From a virus (lineage: Duplodnaviria; Heunggongvirae; Uroviricota; Caudoviricetes; Herelleviridae): a DNA stretch of 64,000 nucleotides. Of the stretch, positions 56,057 through 64,000 are shown one piece after another. Within the stretch, counting starts at the first letter, position 1. Each line of letters opens with the position of its first letter. The stretch lies in IMG/VR virus record IMGVR_UViG_2706796076_000001; one strand, 5' to 3'. A model generated the notes under the pieces. That model saw only the letters and a program-made list of their open reading frames with translations. It made no database searches and was not told where the DNA came from. A program made the position numbers and the translations under genes.

Positions 56057-56078
56057 AAGCGGTTTAAACCGCTTCTAA
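56056..56078 (+). terminator. palindromic hairpin AGAAGCGGTTTAAACCGCTTCT (terminator/processing site; no strong T-run)
   Basis: Perfect 9-bp palindrome overlapping the stop codon. Confidence 0.4.
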
Positions 56079-56167
56079 TATCTAAATAAAAAAGTTACTT
56101 AAAAAAGGAGATAATAAAAAGGGAAAAAACAATTGATAAAATAAAAGAGAGCATTAAAAAGAACGGG

Positions 56168-56437
56168 TTGGATTTTATTAAAATATCTAAAGATTTAAAT
56201 ATGAATATAAATAACGTTAAGCGTATCTATAATGAAGAACTTAAGGAATTAAAAACGGTTGTATATGTACTACATAACGATGTTGAAATCTTAACCGTTA
56301 CTAATGATATTCTAGAACTTATTAATAAAATGAATAGCCACGGTTTCAATATTAGTAGATTTGCAAACTCACAAGAAGTTAGAGAAGAAGCAGAAAACAA
56401 TGGTCTAACATTAGAGTTTAAACGATTAGAGCTATAA
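56168..56437 (+). CDS. hypothetical protein (89 aa; start uncertain)
   Basis: The ORF is listed from TTG 56168 with a weak SD. Confidence 0.35.
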   Translation: MDFIKISKDLNMNINNVKRIYNEELKELKTVVYVLHNDVEILTVTNDILELINKMNSHGFNISRFANSQEVREEAENNGLTLEFKRLEL

Positions 56438-56495
56438 GGTACTACAATGTACTTTATAGCTTCATATTAAAGAAAGAAGGAAGGAAAACATATAA

Positions 56496-56633
56496 ATGAA
56501 TGAGGAATTAAAAAAGTCTCTTGACGAGGCTGTGAGCGTCACACGTGAAGAGGTAACTCCTAACTGTTCAATGGTAGATATTGAGAACAAACTCGATGAT
56601 AACATTGTTAAATATGTTATCAAAAAAGATTAA
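56496..56633 (+). CDS. hypothetical 45-aa protein (below cutoff)
   Basis: SD GAAGGAAGGAAAA before ATG. Confidence 0.4.
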   Translation: MNEELKKSLDEAVSVTREEVTPNCSMVDIENKLDDNIVKYVIKKD

Positions 56634-56641
56634 AAAACCTG

Positions 56642-56672
56642 TTGACAGTTTCTATGTTATAATGTTATAATA
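56642..56672 (+). promoter_or_regulatory. sigma70-like promoter
   Basis: TTGACA, a 17-nt spacer, then TTATAAT with TG motifs. Confidence 0.5.
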
Positions 56673-56702
56673 TAATTAACAAATCAAAGGAGTTGCTTAA
56701 TT

Positions 56703-56981
56703 ATGAAAACATTAAACCAATACGAAATCGAATATTTACAATCTGAGAGAGAACAAGAGCAACAAGAAAGAGAAGAAGAAAGAAGACAAACAGAACTATT
56801 AGAAGAACTGAAAGAATTGTCTAGAGAACGATTAGAAGCTATCAATGAGAGCTTAACATATGAAGAGCTAACAGAAGCGTTAAGCATTGAAAATGCTTCA
56901 ATAGATGAACAACTAGAAGACTTAGAAACAATAGAAGATGAAGAACTAGAGATATTAGTAAGAGAGTACAAAGGGGAATAA
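56703..56981 (+). CDS. extremely acidic Glu-rich protein (92 aa)
   Basis: SD CAAAGGAG. Sequence EREQEQQEREEERRQTELLEELKEL...IEDEELEILV. The antisense Ser-rich ORF on the track is rejected. Confidence 0.5.
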   Translation: MKTLNQYEIEYLQSEREQEQQEREEERRQTELLEELKELSRERLEAINESLTYEELTEALSIENASIDEQLEDLETIEDEELEILVREYKGE

Positions 56982-57318
56982 TTCCCTTTGTATTTTTTTG
57001 TTTTTAAAAATATAAAATAAAAAAATTTTTATAAATAAATATAAAAAGGAATAGTTAAAGAGTGAATTAATATATCTATGATATTGTATAATTTTTTTAT
57101 ATATACGCCCCGTTATAAATTGCCATAAACAAGGGGTGTAATAATACCCTAGTATACCTACCTCAGGTTCCCTATAAACCACCTTAAAAATAAACTATAA
57201 TCTACAAAAGTCAACAAATAAATAATAAATTTTTATACGTATACAATACACCCTTCCCCGTTAATTTTTGTTATATTATACTATACCTAGGATAAAAAAT
57301 AATAAGGAGAAATATTAA

Positions 57319-58746
57319 ATGGATAAAATAATTAAAGTATATAAAAATAATAAACCTTGTTACATAGACTTAAATAATGTACCTACTAAAATACAACCAT
57401 CTGGAAAAGAAGTATATGATTTTAAAAAATGTAATAATACAGAAGTTCCTTTTGAGTATATAGGTGTTAAAGGTTATATAGTAATAGAAGAATATTTACC
57501 TAGTACTAAAGATAATAAAAAAGCTCGTTTAAAATTAAAGTATGATAATAACTATTATGTTATAAATAAAGAAAGTTTTTTAAATGTATCACTTAAAAGT
57601 ATAGTAGGTGATAAATTAGAACACAGTAAAGAATCAGCTAAAAGAAAGATGTATTATGAAAGCTTACCTCTAAAAAATAATGGTAAAGTAGATTTAAAAA
57701 ATAGTATTGGTTGTGATGTTTACTTTGAATTTAATAACTATAAGGGTTACGTCACTATCTTAGACTATTTTACTAAATATAATAATAAGGGTAAAGAAAT
57801 TGGTTATATAAGATTAGAACATGATAATAAAAATAGGTTATATAATGAGTATAATTTCTTTACTTGTAATATATCTTATTTAGCTAATAAGAACTCTGAT
57901 GCTAATAAAAATTTAATAGGTGAAGTAAATAATAACTATGAGATAGTTGATTATTTTAATGAAGAGTTTATAAATAAAGATGGTACTATAAATACAAGAA
58001 ATATGTTTAAAGTTAAGTGTTTAACTTGCGGTACAGTTAAGAAGGTTAGAGTAGACCATTTTTTAAATGGAGTACAAAAAAATTGTGGTTATTGTGCGGA
58101 ATTAAAAAGTAAAAACAAAGAAAATAAAAATAAATTTAATATAAAAAGAAGTTATCCAGAGAAAGTTGTTAAAGCTTACTTAGATGAGTTAGATATTTCT
58201 TATATACAAGAAAAAACTTTTGATTTCTTAAAAAGAAGAAGGTATGATTTCTATTTACCAAATTTAAATTGTGTTATAGAGGTTCACGGTGCTCAACATT
58301 ATAAAGAGTTAAGAGAAGGTGCTAGATTTAAACTAACTTTAGAGGAACAACAAAGAGTAGATAAAGAGAAAAAAGACGCGGTTCTTAATAATGGTATTAA
58401 ATATGTAGAGATAAATGCTGAGCTTTCTGACTTTGAATACATTAAAAATAGTATTAAAAACTCTTCTTTATATAATACTGATGTTAATTGGTTTAATGTT
58501 TTCAAAAACTCTTTCTATGATACAGATAATATTTTATTAGTTAAAAAATTATATGAAAAAAATTTAACTTTAAAAGAAATATCTATAGAATCTAAATTAA
58601 ATAAAAAAGTTGTAAGAGAGTATATAAATAAATTAAAAAAATTAAATCAGATAGAATATGAAGCTTATGAATTTGAAATAAGAGACTACCAAAAAGAAAT
58701 AGATATATTGCAAAGTAAAATAGATAATTTAAAAAGCAAGAGATAA
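57319..58746 (+). CDS. putative endonuclease: Zn-ribbon + DUF559/Vsr-like PD-(D/E)xK domain + C-terminal HTH
   Basis: CLTCGT...CGYCA forms a Cys4 ribbon. RRYDFYLPNLNCVIEVHGAQHY resembles the DUF559/Vsr-like endonuclease core. The C-terminal LTLKEISIESKLNKKVVREYINKL is an HTH. SD AATAAGGAGAAA. Confidence 0.45.
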   Translation: MDKIIKVYKNNKPCYIDLNNVPTKIQPSGKEVYDFKKCNNTEVPFEYIGVKGYIVIEEYLPSTKDNKKARLKLKYDNNYYVINKESFLNVSLKSIVGDKLEHSKESAKRKMYYESLPLKNNGKVDLKNSIGCDVYFEFNNYKGYVTILDYFTKYNNKGKEIGYIRLEHDNKNRLYNEYNFFTCNISYLANKNSDANKNLIGEVNNNYEIVDYFNEEFINKDGTINTRNMFKVKCLTCGTVKKVRVDHFLNGVQKNCGYCAELKSKNKENKNKFNIKRSYPEKVVKAYLDELDISYIQEKTFDFLKRRRYDFYLPNLNCVIEVHGAQHYKELREGARFKLTLEEQQRVDKEKKDAVLNNGIKYVEINAELSDFEYIKNSIKNSSLYNTDVNWFNVFKNSFYDTDNILLVKKLYEKNLTLKEISIESKLNKKVVREYINKLKKLNQIEYEAYEFEIRDYQKEIDILQSKIDNLKSKR

Positions 58747-58804
58747 AAACTCTTGCTTTTATTTATATAGATTACTTAAATAATAAGCAACCTTTTATAT
58801 AATA

Positions 58805-59233
58805 CTATTCTACTAAATCATAATCCTTATCTACAGTAATACTTAATACATCTAAGTGTGCATCATAATTAGTGTGTTGATATTCATTATAAGAATCACC
58901 TGAGAAGTATACTCTGTAATCTTCCGCTGAACCATCTTCATAGCCGAGTGTAATGACTGTGATGTCTGGATAATCCATTAATAAATGGTATGCTGTTAAT
59001 TTCTCATCTACACCAATACCGGCTTTAATTTCTTTAGGGTTATTTATTTCTATATTAAAGTGACTACAATACTCTCCCTCTAATACAATATTTGAAAAAT
59101 AATGTTTTGTTAATTTTCTTGTAATACCGTCTAATTCCATATAATCAATTTTATCAGAAGGAATCTTTACAAAATCACAATTTTCTAATATTAATTCTAC
59201 ATAACTTAATTCTTTATTATTAAGGTCTTTCAT
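58805..59233 (-). CDS. hypothetical protein (142 aa)
   Basis: Minus-strand ORF with SD (plus-strand CTCTCCTT at 59236). Confidence 0.5.
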   Translation of the reverse strand: MKDLNNKELSYVELILENCDFVKIPSDKIDYMELDGITRKLTKHYFSNIVLEGEYCSHFNIEINNPKEIKAGIGVDEKLTAYHLLMDYPDITVITLGYEDGSAEDYRVYFSGDSYNEYQHTNYDAHLDVLSITVDKDYDLVE

Positions 59234-59307
59234 TTATTATATCTCTCCTTATAAATAATTTAATTTTAGATACCTTACCTTGTTTATAGCAAGGTAAGGT
59301 ATAAGTA

Positions 59308-59814
<507 letters not shown>

Positions 59815-59872
59815 TATAATTCTCTCCTTCTAGTATCTTTTCCTTTATTATACTATAAAAAATATCTTTATG

Positions 59873-60127
59873 TTAAGTATTTTCTTTAACAATTTCTAAT
59901 TCATGGATTATAATCATATCTTCCTTAAAAAGAGGTACATCTTCTATATTATCTTTATGGTAATAAATGTACCCATCTTGAAGGTAACCGCTTCTTTTTT
60001 CTTCGTACCCTTCTTCTTTAATACGTTTAATTAAGTTATCCTTATTTGTATAAGCTTTATTTTCTCTATAAGAATAATTGTCTTCATATTGCTCACAATT
60101 ATCGTGTTCTGCTTGATATAAACGCAT
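59873..60127 (-). CDS. hypothetical protein (84 aa)
   Basis: Minus-strand ORF. Confidence 0.45.
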   Translation of the reverse strand: MRLYQAEHDNCEQYEDNYSYRENKAYTNKDNLIKRIKEEGYEEKRSGYLQDGYIYYHKDNIEDVPLFKEDMIIIHELEIVKENT

Positions 60128-60129
60128 AA

Positions 60130-60714
60130 TTATAATTCTCCCTTACTTAAATTTTCAATCTCTTGTTTATATTTGTTTGATGAACGTATATCTTCTTTAG
60201 CTATATTATCTACAATTGATTTTATTTTATTTTCTAGTAATTTAAATTGTTTATTTGTTTCTTCTTTATCTCGAGATAAAGGTAGTTCAATATTAACATC
60301 AATTTTATTTTTATTTACACTGTAACAATGTATTTTATATGGTACCCTATCATCACCAGACTCATACATATAGTATTCATTATTTTCTAGAATTTCATCT
60401 TCACTTAAATATTCTAAGAAAGGGTAATAATCTAAATTATTAATTGAACTATCTTTAACTTTAAATACATGGTTTTGACGTTCTAAAGTAACATAACCAT
60501 AAACATGATAATATCTATGTTTATTTTTTAATTCTTCTAAAGAATAGCTAGATATTTTAATATACTTAAATAAACCTTCTTCATAATTATTTTTATTTAA
60601 ATAATCTACAATTTTTTTTGCTTCATTTTCTGTGTTTGCTAAACATACATTATAATCAGTATAAACTTCTTGGTAATCAATTACATCAAATTCTTGTCCT
60701 ACAATAATATACAT
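60130..60714 (-). CDS. hypothetical protein (194 aa)
   Basis: Minus-strand ORF tightly linked to the neighbouring gene. Confidence 0.5.
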   Translation of the reverse strand: MYIIVGQEFDVIDYQEVYTDYNVCLANTENEAKKIVDYLNKNNYEEGLFKYIKISSYSLEELKNKHRYYHVYGYVTLERQNHVFKVKDSSINNLDYYPFLEYLSEDEILENNEYYMYESGDDRVPYKIHCYSVNKNKIDVNIELPLSRDKEETNKQFKLLENKIKSIVDNIAKEDIRSSNKYKQEIENLSKGEL

Positions 60715-60753
60715 TACTATACCTACTTTCTATTATTTTTTACTAATTTAAAG

Positions 60754-61122
60754 TTACTTTTCCCAACTAAATTCATAATATATAGGGTAAGGGTATTCAG
60801 AATCTGTACACTTCATAATAACATTAACACCATTACGTCTAAAATGACTTAAAATATTAGATGTAAATTGATTAGTGGGATAAATATCAAAATGTAAATA
60901 AATATGATATAAGCTTATAGTTGTACTATACTTTCCTTTATTTGCTTCTTCATATAATTTTTTAGTTATAAATTTTAAAATTTTATCTTTGTATTCTGAT
61001 AAACATTGATTACTTATATTTTCTTTTGTTACTTGGTTAAGTTTATCACCTAAATTACTCATTACTCCACCTCTCTTATTAGTTACTAAATAGAGTATAC
61101 CATAGATAACTTTATCTGTCAA
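60754..61122 (-). CDS. hypothetical protein (122 aa)
   Basis: Minus-strand ORF. Confidence 0.45.
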   Translation of the reverse strand: MTDKVIYGILYLVTNKRGGVMSNLGDKLNQVTKENISNQCLSEYKDKILKFITKKLYEEANKGKYSTTISLYHIYLHFDIYPTNQFTSNILSHFRRNGVNVIMKCTDSEYPYPIYYEFSWEK

Positions 61123-61150
61123 CTATAAATAAAAAAAGACTAGTTTGTAA

Positions 61151-61513
61151 CTAGTCTTTTAAATCTTTATTCCATTTACTATCTTGTTTGATTAAACCTT
61201 TACTTATAAGTTCCACGGATATATTTTTATACGTATTATCTTCTTGGAAGTAAACATTAGCTAAATATCTACCGAACGCATCATCTTTATAAGTTTGTAT
61301 AATAACTTCTTTATTTTCTAATTTATTTCTTGTAAATTCAGAAGCTTCTTTAAAGTTTTCCTGTCCTCTCTCAGGTGTATCTACACCTAGTATTCTTACA
61401 CGTTGCTCTGAGTATACTCTCATACCATGGTCTATGGTAACATCAATCGTATCACCGTCTACAACACGGTTTACACGAGCTTTATACATATATAAAAAAT
61501 TTTCTAATTCCAT
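61151..61513 (-). CDS. staphylococcal-nuclease-like thermonuclease (SNase fold)
   Basis: RVVDGDTIDVT...QRVRILGVDTPE is the SNase Ca-binding/catalytic motif. Confidence 0.7.
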   Translation of the reverse strand: MELENFLYMYKARVNRVVDGDTIDVTIDHGMRVYSEQRVRILGVDTPERGQENFKEASEFTRNKLENKEVIIQTYKDDAFGRYLANVYFQEDNTYKNISVELISKGLIKQDSKWNKDLKD

Positions 61514-61524
61514 GATTGTCCTCC

Positions 61525-61559
61525 TAAAAAAATAAGGACTAGGAATAAATCCTAGTCCT
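61525..61559 (-). terminator. rho-independent terminator on minus strand (AGGACTAGGA-ataaa-TCCTAGTCCT)
   Basis: A plus-strand A-run precedes the hairpin. It lies downstream of 61594..61884(-). Confidence 0.65.
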
Positions 61560-61593
61560 AGTAATTATTTGTCATTAAACGACCTTTTCTAAA

Positions 61594-61884
61594 TTATACA
61601 TCTGCTGAAATGTCAGCTGTAGTATCTGTTGTTTCTCCAGCTTCTACATTTTCAGGCTCCGCTACTGGTGTAGCTTGAGTTGTAAACTCAGGTACATCTA
61701 CTTTGTTACCTTCACGACCATCTACATCAATTGCTACTTGGTAATCACCTTTAGCATAAGTAGTTTCTGGTGTTAATCCTGTTAATTGTACTGTTGCTTT
61801 ACCTGATTCTACTGGTTCTCCTGTTGCTAATTTCTCACCTTGTTTGTTGTAAGCTACTAGTTTTTTTGCCATGTTGTTAATCAT
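61594..61884 (-). CDS. Ig-like/FN3-like small protein (96 aa), paralog of 62938..63285
   Basis: MAKKLVAYNKQGEKLATGE...TGLTPETTY..GDY...VDVPEFTT is shared with the paralog MAKVLRLYDSTDKLLATSE...LKPNTSY..GSF...IDVPEFKT. Confidence 0.5.
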   Translation of the reverse strand: MINNMAKKLVAYNKQGEKLATGEPVESGKATVQLTGLTPETTYAKGDYQVAIDVDGREGNKVDVPEFTTQATPVAEPENVEAGETTDTTADISADV

Positions 61885-62339
61885 CCCTTATCTTATATTT
61901 ATCTTACACTAGATAATATAACATTAATTACATAGAAAAAACCTGCAATATATACTATATAATAGTATACTCAATCTTATGTTCCTAGGTTACATTGATT
62001 AAAGTATACCTATATAGCAGGGACTTATCATAGTTTCCCTATGATAAGTAATTGCAGGTTTAAGGTCAATTCTATTAACGTTAATGTAGTCCTTTTCTAC
62101 AACATGGTAGATAGGTCAATAGAGTACGGACAATGAAGAAGTTACATGTCAGAACCAACACATATTTACAAAGCCAATATGCAAGCAACTTACTGTACTC
62201 TCTAGTAAGTCAAACCTTTTAAGGTTTTAGGTAAAAACTGCACCCTGTGGTTCACATTATTAAGAGGTGTTAGGATACTGATAATTTAATTATAACATAT
62301 ATTTGTTATTTTTGCAAGTTTATTTTAAAAATAATTATA

Positions 62340-62918
62340 TTATTCTACTTCACTAGGGTATCTATCTCTATTTTCTTCTGTTACTTTCTTATCTAACATG
62401 AAATCATCTATAGGATTACCATTATAGAAATATTTAACTTTAATTTCATTTCCTGCTTCTAATAGAGCATTTGTAATTTCAAAGTTATTTGTTAATGATT
62501 TTGTTGAAGGTATAACATGTTTTTGTCCTTCTGTATCTATAACTTCTACATAAAATTCAGAATCAATATCAACTAAATGTAAATCTTCAATTCTTTGTCT
62601 AAATTCTGATATACGGAATTGTTTAGCATTATTGTTTTTAGTTAATAAATACTGGTCTAAATTAAATTTAATATTTTCTTTAACACGTTCAGTGTTATCT
62701 ACTATTTCAGTTCCTGTTTTAGAAGTATCATAGAATAATACTAGGTTTACAGGCATATCTCCCTCATCATGTGAAACAAAAATATATCCAATTTCACCTT
62801 TACTTCTTAAATAATCTTCTTTCATAATTTTAAATACTTCTTGTGCTACAGGTCGAGCAATGATTGTTTCCCATTTACCTGTTTCTTTATTAAACACACT
62901 TGGTAATAAATTTGCCAT
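62340..62918 (-). CDS. hypothetical protein (192 aa)
   Basis: Minus-strand ORF. Confidence 0.5.
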   Translation of the reverse strand: MANLLPSVFNKETGKWETIIARPVAQEVFKIMKEDYLRSKGEIGYIFVSHDEGDMPVNLVLFYDTSKTGTEIVDNTERVKENIKFNLDQYLLTKNNNAKQFRISEFRQRIEDLHLVDIDSEFYVEVIDTEGQKHVIPSTKSLTNNFEITNALLEAGNEIKVKYFYNGNPIDDFMLDKKVTEENRDRYPSEVE

Positions 62919-62937
62919 TAAATTATATCCCCTTTAC

Positions 62938-63285
62938 TTATTGTTCTACTGGTTTAAACCAAATTTTAGATTTATCTTCTGGTTCTTCTTCACTAATAGT
63001 TATGTTATTATCATCAAAATTTAACATGTTGAATGTTAAAGTATGACTTACTGAATCATCTGAATTATCATTTGTAGTAGGTAATGTTTTGAATTCTGGA
63101 ACATCTATTTTACTTGATTCTGAACCATTAATAACCCAAGAAATTTTAAAACTTCCTTCTTCATAAGATGTATTAGGTTTAAGGTCATCAATACGAACAG
63201 ATGCTGAATTAGAAGTGACTTCTTCAGACGTTGCAAGTAGTTTATCTGTACTATCATACAATCGTAAAACTTTTGCCATTATCAT
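62938..63285 (-). CDS. Ig-like/FN3-like protein (115 aa), paralog
   Basis: See 61594..61884. Confidence 0.5.
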   Translation of the reverse strand: MIMAKVLRLYDSTDKLLATSEEVTSNSASVRIDDLKPNTSYEEGSFKISWVINGSESSKIDVPEFKTLPTTNDNSDDSVSHTLTFNMLNFDDNNITISEEEPEDKSKIWFKPVEQ

Positions 63286-63294
63286 GTCTCCAAT

Positions 63295-63981
63295 CTATTG
63301 TTTATCTAAGGTTAATATAACAAAAAAAAGACCTATTTTAAGTAGCATATATTTTTCTTTTTTGAAGCTAGAATCATGCTTACCTCTTATATGTTGTGTT
63401 AGGTTTCCTTTACTTTTTATTTCTTTATTACAATAAGGACAATAATAAATTTCTGAATTTTTCTTAGATATACGTTTACTTGCTTCTTTTCTGGTATCGT
63501 GACTATCTCTAATATGTCTTTTTAGTGAAATTCCACTTTTAATTTTCTTACCGCAATAATGACATATTCTTTGCTTACTTAATGTATTTGATATTTTTTC
63601 TTTTGTTTCTTTAGATAGTTTTGAACCTGTTCTTCTGGTTTTTATTAGATGTTCTGTTGTCATTTTTTTCCCATAAAAAGGATTATTTTTCCCAAATAAT
63701 CCTCTTACACCTAATCCTCCGTTTGCAATATTATATTCTGCTTTATTTTGTGCTCTATAAAAAGAAATATAATAAATTTCTCTATTATTTAACTCATCGA
63801 ATGTTTCACACCATTCAAGTAAAATTGTTTTAAAGTTATCTTTACCATATTTTTTAATAGCTCGTTTTATTAATTTTCCACTACCTTTATATCCTATATC
63901 AAAGTAACCAGATTTATGTTGTCCTATATATGTTTTGCCATTGATTAAATTTGTAGTTTTATAAACATAACCATACATCAT
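63295..63981 (-). CDS. free-standing GIY-YIG homing endonuclease with NUMOD3-like linker and two C2H2-type zinc fingers
   Basis: YGYVYKTTNLINGKTYIGQ is the GIY-YIG motif. NPFYGKKMTTEH is NUMOD3-like. CHYCGKKIKSGISLKRHIRDSH and CPYCNKEIKSKGNLTQHIRGKH are C2H2 fingers. Confidence 0.75.
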   Translation of the reverse strand: MMYGYVYKTTNLINGKTYIGQHKSGYFDIGYKGSGKLIKRAIKKYGKDNFKTILLEWCETFDELNNREIYYISFYRAQNKAEYNIANGGLGVRGLFGKNNPFYGKKMTTEHLIKTRRTGSKLSKETKEKISNTLSKQRICHYCGKKIKSGISLKRHIRDSHDTRKEASKRISKKNSEIYYCPYCNKEIKSKGNLTQHIRGKHDSSFKKEKYMLLKIGLFFVILTLDKQ

Positions 63982-64000
63982 TTATCACCTTTTAAATACT

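Noticed and set aside
61885-62339. 455-bp ORF-free gap between minus-strand genes as an ncRNA or tRNA
   Set aside because: It contains a 10-bp hairpin (TTATCATAG/CTATGATAA) and moderately elevated GC but no recognisable RNA family features. It more likely holds the promoter and 5' leader of the 61594..61884 operon (an extended -10 TGtTATATTAT on the minus strand at ~61904-61914). Not reported as a feature.

Overview
This 64-kb window reads as part of a large virulent low-GC (about 30% GC) Firmicutes myophage, most consistent with a Twort-like / SPO1-like (Herelleviridae, Staphylococcus Kayvirus-like) genome. No integrase, tRNA, rRNA or CRISPR array was found. The first 22 kb on the plus strand is a nucleotide-metabolism and replication module: class Ib ribonucleotide reductase nrdE-nrdF, a thioredoxin-like protein, an HU/IHF-like protein, a family A DNA polymerase with 3'-5' exonuclease, a putative SSB, a RecA/UvsX-like recombinase, a sigma-factor-like protein, a calcineurin-like metallophosphoesterase and a PD-(D/E)xK-like protein. 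nrdE, the polymerase and the recombinase are each split by a group I intron inserted in a catalytic motif. The three introns carry three different homing endonuclease families: GIY-YIG, HNH and LAGLIDADG. From 23 to 46 kb the plus strand carries dozens of small, tightly packed genes of unknown function with sigma70-type extended -10 promoters and hairpin terminators; some terminators have a TTGACA -35 box inside the loop. Notable genes there are a 778-aa Pnkp-like kinase / phosphatase / ligase RNA-repair enzyme, an SPFH (band 7) protein with a small membrane partner, HTH and zinc-ribbon proteins and many membrane micro-proteins. From 46 to 51 kb there is an ORF-free 1.1-kb strand-switch region with a tandem ~300-bp repeat carrying (TA)n and (GAAAAAA)n microsatellites, minus-strand paralog genes, a pentapeptide-repeat protein, a promoter-driven GC-richer ORF-free segment (candidate ncRNA) and an iteron-like array of 5 x AAGTAGTATTGT. 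From 52 to 57 kb there is a cassette array of small genes, each with a near-identical promoter (GGGGTTGACA ... cATGnTATTAT), often a 5' hairpin TTGTAAGG...CCTTACAA and a stereotyped RBS AAGGAATTGATTTAAATG. From 57 to 64 kb there are a DUF559/Vsr-like nuclease, minus-strand genes including an SNase-like thermonuclease, Ig-like paralogs, a poly-Asn protein encoded by (ATT)14, and a free-standing GIY-YIG endonuclease with two C2H2 fingers. Calls are from motif recognition in the supplied translations and direct reading of the DNA. No database search was possible.
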